64,000 bases of DNA, taken from contig CAYJQW010000003.1 in the NCBI GenBank assembly GCA_964372635.1, forward strand, positions 2,145 through 66,144, written 5' to 3'. Shown here piece by piece: positions 58,771-64,000 of the stretch; the stretch's first letter is position 1, and every line of letters starts with the position of its first letter. Origin of the DNA: an uncultured Candidatus Saccharibacteria bacterium (lineage in GTDB: Bacteria; Patescibacteriota; Andersenbacteria; UBA10190). A model generated the notes under the pieces. That model did no database searches, had not been told where the DNA came from, and saw nothing but the letters and a program-made list of their open reading frames with translations. A program made the translations under genes and the position numbers.

Positions 58771-59388
58771 TCATTCCGTGGTTCTAATTTCCAAAACAGT
58801 ACCACGTTTACCTGGAACTGCTCCTTTGATCGCCAGCAATTTTTTTTCATTATCAACGTGCACAATAATAAGATTTTTCACTGTGACCCGATCACTACCC
58901 ATGCGTCCTGCCATACGCATTCCCTTCAAGGTATGTTGGGGAAAACGAGATCCGATTGATCCGGGACGACGGAGCACGTGACGATGCCCGTGACTGGCCG
59001 GGCCACCTTTAAAATGATGGCGTTTCACGACACCTTGAAAACCTTTTCCCTTCGAAATACCTGAAATTTCAACAATGTCGCCCGGCTGGAATTGCGCAAC
59101 AGTCACAGTTTGTTCTTCTTCGGAAACCGCAATTGCAAATTCATGCCGAGCTGAGTATAAACCTACTAACTGACGTGGCGAAACGGCTCCATCCTTTTGA
59201 CTTTTATACCGAGCTTTTTGATGTTTACGAGGCAGCCCAAGCTGAATTGCCTCATGTCCATCTTTGTCTGATTGCCGACGCAGGGTTACAACATTATCAG
59301 TTGCCTCAATCAAAGTAACAGGAATCGCTTCGCCCTCCGGCGAAAATATTTGCGACATTCCGATTTTTCTACCCAACATAGCTTTCAT
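58771..59388 (-). CDS. rplC: Ribosomal protein L3.
   Basis: MKAMLGRKIGMSQIF…; 205 aa. Confidence 0.9.
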   Translation of the reverse strand: MKAMLGRKIGMSQIFSPEGEAIPVTLIEATDNVVTLRRQSDKDGHEAIQLGLPRKHQKARYKSQKDGAVSPRQLVGLYSARHEFAIAVSEEEQTVTVAQFQPGDIVEISGISKGKGFQGVVKRHHFKGGPASHGHRHVLRRPGSIGSRFPQHTLKGMRMAGRMGSDRVTVKNLIIVHVDNEKKLLAIKGAVPGKRGTVLEIRTTE

Positions 59389-59809
59389 AAAAATCTAGGC
59401 ATTAACAACAAATAAAAACGCGTTAAAGCAAGTAACAGCGTGCTTTTTGAATCTTCGACAATGCCCAGATTTATTCTGAAGCGCTGTCGAACGGATCAAG
59501 TTCCTATACAACTGGCCTCGGACTGTTTATCCTGTCTTGCCCGCCAACGCATTTTAGAGCGAAGACGAGAGCGAGCTACAAAATACATCATCCGTGACAA
59601 TTAAAAGGATAGAAAAAATATACTATATTGGCCGTTTTCACGCAAATACGACTACGGCTAAGTTCCCCTAACCTTAAGTTCTCGGCCTTACTTAATTAAG
59701 ATGATTAGCTTTAAGTAGTTCAATAATATTAGCAAAGCAGCACCTACCTGGTAGGACGCTGCTTCTAGTAATTACATTTAGGCTAGACTTGGTTCCTTAA
59801 GTCTTAAAC

Positions 59810-60169
59810 TCAGTCAGTCTTCATCGATACATCAACGCCAGCGGGAAGGTTTAAGCTCATCAGTGTGTCAATTGTTCGCGGTGTTGACTGAATTATATCA
59901 ATCAGCCGCTTGTGGACACGAATCTCATATTGATCTTTGGACTTTTTGTGGACAAAAGTCGAGCGATTAACTGTGTATTTTTTCTTTGAAGTGGGTAAGG
60001 GTACTGGGCCGGAAATTTTAGCCCCTTCACGTTCAACTGCTTCAACAATCTGCCGAGCGGACTGGTCAATCAGCTTGTGATCATAGGCTTTAAGTTTAAT
60101 CCGAATACGCGGCACAGCTGCTGGTTGCGGCGTATCGGTGGTACTTTTCTTTTTTCCTTTGGTTACCAT
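59810..60169 (-). CDS. rpsJ: Ribosomal protein S10 (with a short N-terminal extension).
   Basis: …[40 protein letters not shown]…. Confidence 0.9.
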   Translation of the reverse strand: MVTKGKKKSTTDTPQPAAVPRIRIKLKAYDHKLIDQSARQIVEAVEREGAKISGPVPLPTSKKKYTVNRSTFVHKKSKDQYEIRVHKRLIDIIQSTPRTIDTLMSLNLPAGVDVSMKTD

Positions 60170-60215
60170 GTCACTATTTTCCGAAAATACACTAAATTTG
60201 AATAAATATTACAAG

Positions 60216-61409
60216 TTACTCAAGAATTTTAGTGACGACACCAGCACCAACTGTCTTGCCACCCTCGCGAATAGCAAAACGCATTTGGTCTTCCATGGCA
60301 ACTTCCTGGCCGAGGGTAACAACAATACTAATCGTGTCTCCAGGCATAACCATTTCTGTACCAGCTGGCAACTCAACATCGCCTGTGACATCAGTTGTGC
60401 GAATATAAAACTGCGGCTTGTAACCTTTAAAGAAAGGGGTATGACGGCCACCTTCGTCTTTGGTAAGAACATATACCTCAGCGTCAAATTTTTTATGTGG
60501 TGTAATGGATCCTGGTTTTGCTAAGACTTGACCGCGTTCGACGTCTTCTTTTTTAAGACCACGAATTAAAACACCGGCATTATCACCAGCCTGTCCCTCG
60601 TCTAGTTGTTTGTTAAACATTTCAATTCCGGTAACGACCGTCTTTTGAGTTGGACGAAGACCGATTACTTCAATTTCATCATTAATATTGATTTTGCCAC
60701 GTTCGATACGACCGGTGACAACTGTGCCGCGTCCCTCGATTGAGAATACGTCCTCAATTGGCATTAGGTACGGTTTATCGACGTCACGAACAGGCTCTGG
60801 AATTGATTCATCAAGTGCGGCAATAAGGTCAACGATTGGTTTAGCATCATCGCTATCGGCTGTCTTTGATTTTAAGGCTTTCAGGGCCGAGCCACGAATA
60901 ATTTTTACATTCTTACCGTCGAATTCATACTTCGTTAAAAGTTCACGTATTTCCTCTTCTACCAAATCAACCAGCTCGGGATCATCAACCTGATCAACTT
61001 TGTTTAGAAAAACAACCATAGTTTTAACACCAACCTGGCGAGCGAGCAAAACGTGCTCACGAGTCTGGGGCATTGGTCCGTCAGTAGCGGCCACAACAAG
61101 AATTGCACCGTCCATTTGTGCAGCTCCCGTTATCATATTTTTAATGTAGTCAGCGTGTCCTGGACAATCTACGTGAGCATAGTGTCGATTTTTAGACTCA
61201 TACTCACAATGTGCCGTGGAAATGGTTATTCCCCTGGCCTTAGACTCAGGTGACTTATCTAGATCTTCTACACCAAGAATTTTTTTAGCTCCACCTGTCA
61301 TGCCCATGACGTGCAAAATTGCTGCCGTCAGCGTTGTCTTACCATGATCAACGTGGCCAAGTGTGCCAACGTTTACATGTGGTTTTGTGCGCTCAAACTT
61401 TTCTACCAT
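60216..61409 (-). CDS. tuf: Elongation factor Tu.
   Basis: [14 protein letters not shown]…DCPGHADY…NKVD…SALKAL…; 397 aa. Confidence 0.97.
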   Translation of the reverse strand: MVEKFERTKPHVNVGTLGHVDHGKTTLTAAILHVMGMTGGAKKILGVEDLDKSPESKARGITISTAHCEYESKNRHYAHVDCPGHADYIKNMITGAAQMDGAILVVAATDGPMPQTREHVLLARQVGVKTMVVFLNKVDQVDDPELVDLVEEEIRELLTKYEFDGKNVKIIRGSALKALKSKTADSDDAKPIVDLIAALDESIPEPVRDVDKPYLMPIEDVFSIEGRGTVVTGRIERGKININDEIEVIGLRPTQKTVVTGIEMFNKQLDEGQAGDNAGVLIRGLKKEDVERGQVLAKPGSITPHKKFDAEVYVLTKDEGGRHTPFFKGYKPQFYIRTTDVTGDVELPAGTEMVMPGDTISIVVTLGQEVAMEDQMRFAIREGGKTVGAGVVTKILE

Positions 61410-61560
61410 AGTAACTTTTGCTACAAATTAAAAAATGAAAAACTCCTCTGACGTTTTGGGCCAGTCATTCGTACATCTGTAATGACCGTCGAGGTTTGCT
61501 ATTTTTGTAGCATAGACTAATTAATCTTGCAACTTGGCCATGGCTTTTCTATCACACAGT

Positions 61561-61947
61561 TCACTCCTGCAATTCTGGCGGCAGGTCGCCGCGTAATGGC
61601 TCAAATCTTACCTTTTTTCCACCAGAGGATATTGCTAAGTCATCATAACCTAGTTCTTGGATAACATTTGTCTGATCATCGATATATTGTTCCTCTTGTA
61701 AAAGCTGATAAATGGCAATGTCTCGATTGATTTTTTCCAGAACGGCATCAGCAGAATCAACTATTTGGTGCTTTTCTGCCGATAATAAATCCAGCTGTTG
61801 TTCCGATGCCTGTCGAATATGCGCGGCATAATCTTGCTTACTCATCACGATATATTCTTGTCCATCATATCCATTAAAGGTATAAGTGCCGCCTAATTCT
61901 CCTAAGACACTTACAATTTTCTTTAAAAGAGGTTCATCGGACATCAC
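61561..61947 (-). CDS. Hypothetical protein (128 aa), inserted between fusA and tuf.
   Basis: MMSDEPLLKKIVSVLGELGG…GQEYIVMSKQDYAAHIRQASEQQLDLL…; I recognise no domain. It is divergently oriented to the next plus-strand gene. Confidence 0.4.
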   Translation of the reverse strand: MMSDEPLLKKIVSVLGELGGTYTFNGYDGQEYIVMSKQDYAAHIRQASEQQLDLLSAEKHQIVDSADAVLEKINRDIAIYQLLQEEQYIDDQTNVIQELGYDDLAISSGGKKVRFEPLRGDLPPELQE

Positions 61948-61981
61948 ATGATCATAATTCGATTACCACACCAGCACAATG

Positions 61982-62010
61982 TTGACATATTGGATTTCTG
62001 CTCTTATAAA
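61982..62010 (+). promoter_or_regulatory. Sigma70-type promoter (TTGACA-17 nt-TATAAA) for the plus-strand gene at 62066.
   Basis: TTGACA at 61982-87, a 17-nt spacer and TATAAA at 62005-10. Confidence 0.5.
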
Positions 62011-62065
62011 GGAGGGACGTGGTAATCAGGAAATTTGTAACTTTTACAACCTAAGGAGAGAAAAA

Positions 62066-62497
62066 ATGTCTGCTTTTACAGTTCGCAAAGTTACTGAGTC
62101 TGACATCGATGCGTTAATGGTGCTTCAAACCAATTACCAGCCAAATACCCCAGATCAATCGTGGACTCGGGATATGTGGCTTAACCATCTACAAGGAGAG
62201 AGAAACGGAGGTCTGTTGGGTATAGGAAATGACAGGATATGTGGCTGTTTGCTCTATCGGGAAGGTCACCTGCCCAGTTATATGGATTTTCGTGGCCTTC
62301 ACCTTGAAATGATTTTGTCTTTCGGTGAGGCCGAGCAGGAGATGGATCAACTGAATTTTCTACGGAAGCTGTCCCCTGACAAGCCGCTCTTGTTATCAAT
62401 TCAAGGCGGAAGTCCCCTGCAACAATCATTTATCGATGATGGCTTTGATCTCGGCAGCTCCGCCGAGTTACTGCTCTTTGAGCCATTAAAGCCTTAA
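62066..62497 (+). CDS. Hypothetical protein (143 aa), possibly GNAT-fold (weak).
   Basis: The ATG at 62066 is preceded by AAGGAGAG. The N-terminus MSAFTVRKVTESDIDALMVL resembles a GNAT N-terminus, but the Q/RxxGxG/A motif is not evident. A terminator follows at 62524-62551. Confidence 0.4.
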   Translation: MSAFTVRKVTESDIDALMVLQTNYQPNTPDQSWTRDMWLNHLQGERNGGLLGIGNDRICGCLLYREGHLPSYMDFRGLHLEMILSFGEAEQEMDQLNFLRKLSPDKPLLLSIQGGSPLQQSFIDDGFDLGSSAELLLFEPLKP

Positions 62498-62523
62498 AAG
62501 TTACCGCCTCATTCCAGCAAACT

Positions 62524-62551
62524 AGAGTGCAATAAAATGCACTCTTTTTTA
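62524..62551 (+). terminator. Rho-independent terminator.
   Basis: agagugca (62524-31) pairs with ugcacucu (62538-45), a perfect 8-bp stem, followed by UUUUUU. Confidence 0.6.
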
Positions 62552-62636
62552 TGTACGTAAAAAACGATGGCATGTCTATAACCATCAGTTACTTAGCCAA
62601 AAATTGAATTATTTTTTGCGGCCGGTTGCAACTTGA

Positions 62637-64000
62637 TCATTTAGACTTTTCATTAGCTGCTGCGCCAATTATTCCCTCTTGGATTTTCTTTGGTACCTGT
62701 TCATATCTATTAAATTCCATCACATAAACGGCCCGGCCACTTGATAGTGTTCTAAGATTTGTCGCATAACCAAACATATCAGCCAAGGGCACAAAGGCAC
62801 TAATAATCTTTGCATTGGCCCGATCAATAATGTTTTCGATCTGCCCCCGTCTTGAGTTGAGATCACCAACAACATCACCCATATAGTTTTCTGGCGTTGT
62901 CACTTCAACTTTCATTATCGGCTCAAGTAAAACCGGATTTGCTCGTCTAAATCCTTCGCGAAAGGCTATTGAGCCAGCTATTTTGAAGGCTATTTCCGAT
63001 GAATCAACATCATGATAACTGCCATCAAAGGCCACCGCCTTGACATCAACGACCGGAAAGCCGGCCAGAACGCCGTTAGTCGCCGCCTCGACCACACCCT
63101 TACCAATAGGGTTAATGTACTCTTGCGGGATGGTGCCGCCTGTAATTTCATTCTCAAAAATAATACCGGCACCTTTTTCTAGCGGCTCAAGTCGCAACCA
63201 GACATGTCCGTATTGGCCTCGCCCACCAGACTGCTTAATAAACTTTCCTTCCGCTTCAACCACTTTGCGAATAGTTTCTTTATAGGCGACCTGTGGTTTT
63301 CCTACGTTGACCTGAACATTAAACTCGCGCTTCATGCGCTCCGTCAAAATTTCTAAGTGAAGCTCTCCCATACCAGACATGACAGTCTGCATAGTTTCAG
63401 CATCAGTTTTAACACGAAATGTTGGATCTTCTGCTTGGAGCGCTCTTAAGGCCATGCCCATTTTCTCTTGATCTGCCTTAGTTTTTGGTTCAACTGCTAT
63501 AGAAATAACGGGATCTTGGCCAATAATACGCTCTAGAAGAATTCGGTTATCTGGATCACATAGCGTATCGCCAGTGGTTGTGTATTTAAGTCCAACCAGG
63601 GCGCCAATACCGCCTGCATAAATCTCCTCAATCTCTTCCCGATTATTGGCGTGCATGCGAAGAATACGGCTGATGCGCTCTTTTTTGCCGTTAGAACTAT
63701 TCAAAACGTAGGAACCAGACTTTAATGTCCCGGCATAAACTCGAAAGAAAGTTATTTGTCCGACAAAGGGATCAGTCGCCACTTTAAATGCAAGGGCTGT
63801 AAATGGTTCAGAGGCCTCTGGTTTACGACTTTTTTTCTCTTCAGCATCGCCAGGATCAGTTCCGGAGACAGGTGGAATATCGGCCGGACTAGGCAGCAGC
63901 TCAACAATCGCATCTAAGATGCGCTGGACACCTTTGTTCTTCAAAGCTGATCCGCAAAATATTGGAATTATCCGATTAGCAATAACGCCCTTTCGTAATG
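62637..64000 (-). CDS. fusA: Elongation factor G, C-terminal about 455 codons; the gene continues beyond the window end.
   Basis: …[24 protein letters not shown]… matches the EF-G domain II-III junction. The reading frame stays open to position 64000 (the ORF track only starts at an internal TTG). Confidence 0.9.
   Translation of the reverse strand, partial: LRKGVIANRIIPIFCGSALKNKGVQRILDAIVELLPSPADIPPVSGTDPGDAEEKKSRKPEASEPFTALAFKVATDPFVGQITFFRVYAGTLKSGSYVLNSSNGKKERISRILRMHANNREEIEEIYAGGIGALVGLKYTTTGDTLCDPDNRILLERIIGQDPVISIAVEPKTKADQEKMGMALRALQAEDPTFRVKTDAETMQTVMSGMGELHLEILTERMKREFNVQVNVGKPQVAYKETIRKVVEAEGKFIKQSGGRGQYGHVWLRLEPLEKGAGIIFENEITGGTIPQEYINPIGKGVVEAATNGVLAGFPVVDVKAVAFDGSYHDVDSSEIAFKIAGSIAFREGFRRANPVLLEPIMKVEVTTPENYMGDVVGDLNSRRGQIENIIDRANAKIISAFVPLADMFGYATNLRTLSSGRAVYVMEFNRYEQVPKKIQEGIIGAAANEKSK

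Noticed and set aside
1-64000. A search for a CRISPR array, tRNA genes, rRNA, IS elements or integrases.
   Set aside because: No direct-repeat/spacer periodicity, no recognisable cloverleaf with a T-loop in intergenic regions, and no transposase or integrase-like ORF were seen by eye. Absence of tRNAs cannot be fully excluded without a covariance-model scan.

Overview
This 64 kb window comes from a compact bacterial genome (about 44% GC) in which nearly all genes sit on the minus strand. It reads as a core housekeeping region with a glycan-biosynthesis region spliced in.

The absence of an L30 gene between rpsE and rplO, and several ribosomal proteins carrying zinc-ribbon or lysine-rich extensions, fit a Patescibacteria/CPR-like or other reduced monoderm lineage. 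This is inference, not proof.

Content from left to right:

1. Membrane glycosyltransferases. There are three paralogous ArnT/PMT-type GT-C glycosyltransferases (one truncated at the window edge) plus a plus-strand YfhO-family GT-C protein.
2. A sugar-nucleotide operon: an SDR epimerase, a GT4, a GtrB/DPM1-like polyprenyl-phosphate GT2, rmlA, then the complete ADP-L-glycero-beta-D-manno-heptose pathway in the order gmhA-hldE-gmhB-hldD, followed by rmlD, a UDP-glucuronate-4-epimerase-like SDR and rmlC. A Cys-rich plus-strand ORF is embedded in the operon with its own promoter and terminator.
3. lepA, murJ, a DUF4012-like exported protein and a 279-aa basic low-complexity ORF. A +1 change in an A9/T9 homopolymer at their junction would fuse the basic ORF to the DUF4012-like protein.
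4. A Wzx/Wzy-less polysaccharide locus with three GT4 genes, a CpsC/Wzd-like chain-length regulator and a WbaP/CpsE priming phosphotransferase.
5. The RNase P RNA gene (rnpB), rnhA, recJ and a four-helix-bundle protein.
6. A glycolytic operon: tpiA, fba, a PfkB-type kinase, gap, pgk and eno.
7. galT-like, GT2, ruvX. Then a small plus-strand island holding a 35-aa hydrophobic peptide behind a long structured leader and an HExxH metallopeptidase-like gene, each with recognisable sigma70-type promoter and terminator. An 89-aa acidic minus-strand ORF flanks the island.
8. map, adk, secY and the spc/S10 ribosomal operons (L15 through S10), then tuf and the 3' part of fusA. A divergent pair of unknown genes is inserted between fusA and tuf.

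I recognised no CRISPR array, tRNA, rRNA or transposase. Protein assignments rest on recognisable sequence motifs and are my reading, not database hits.
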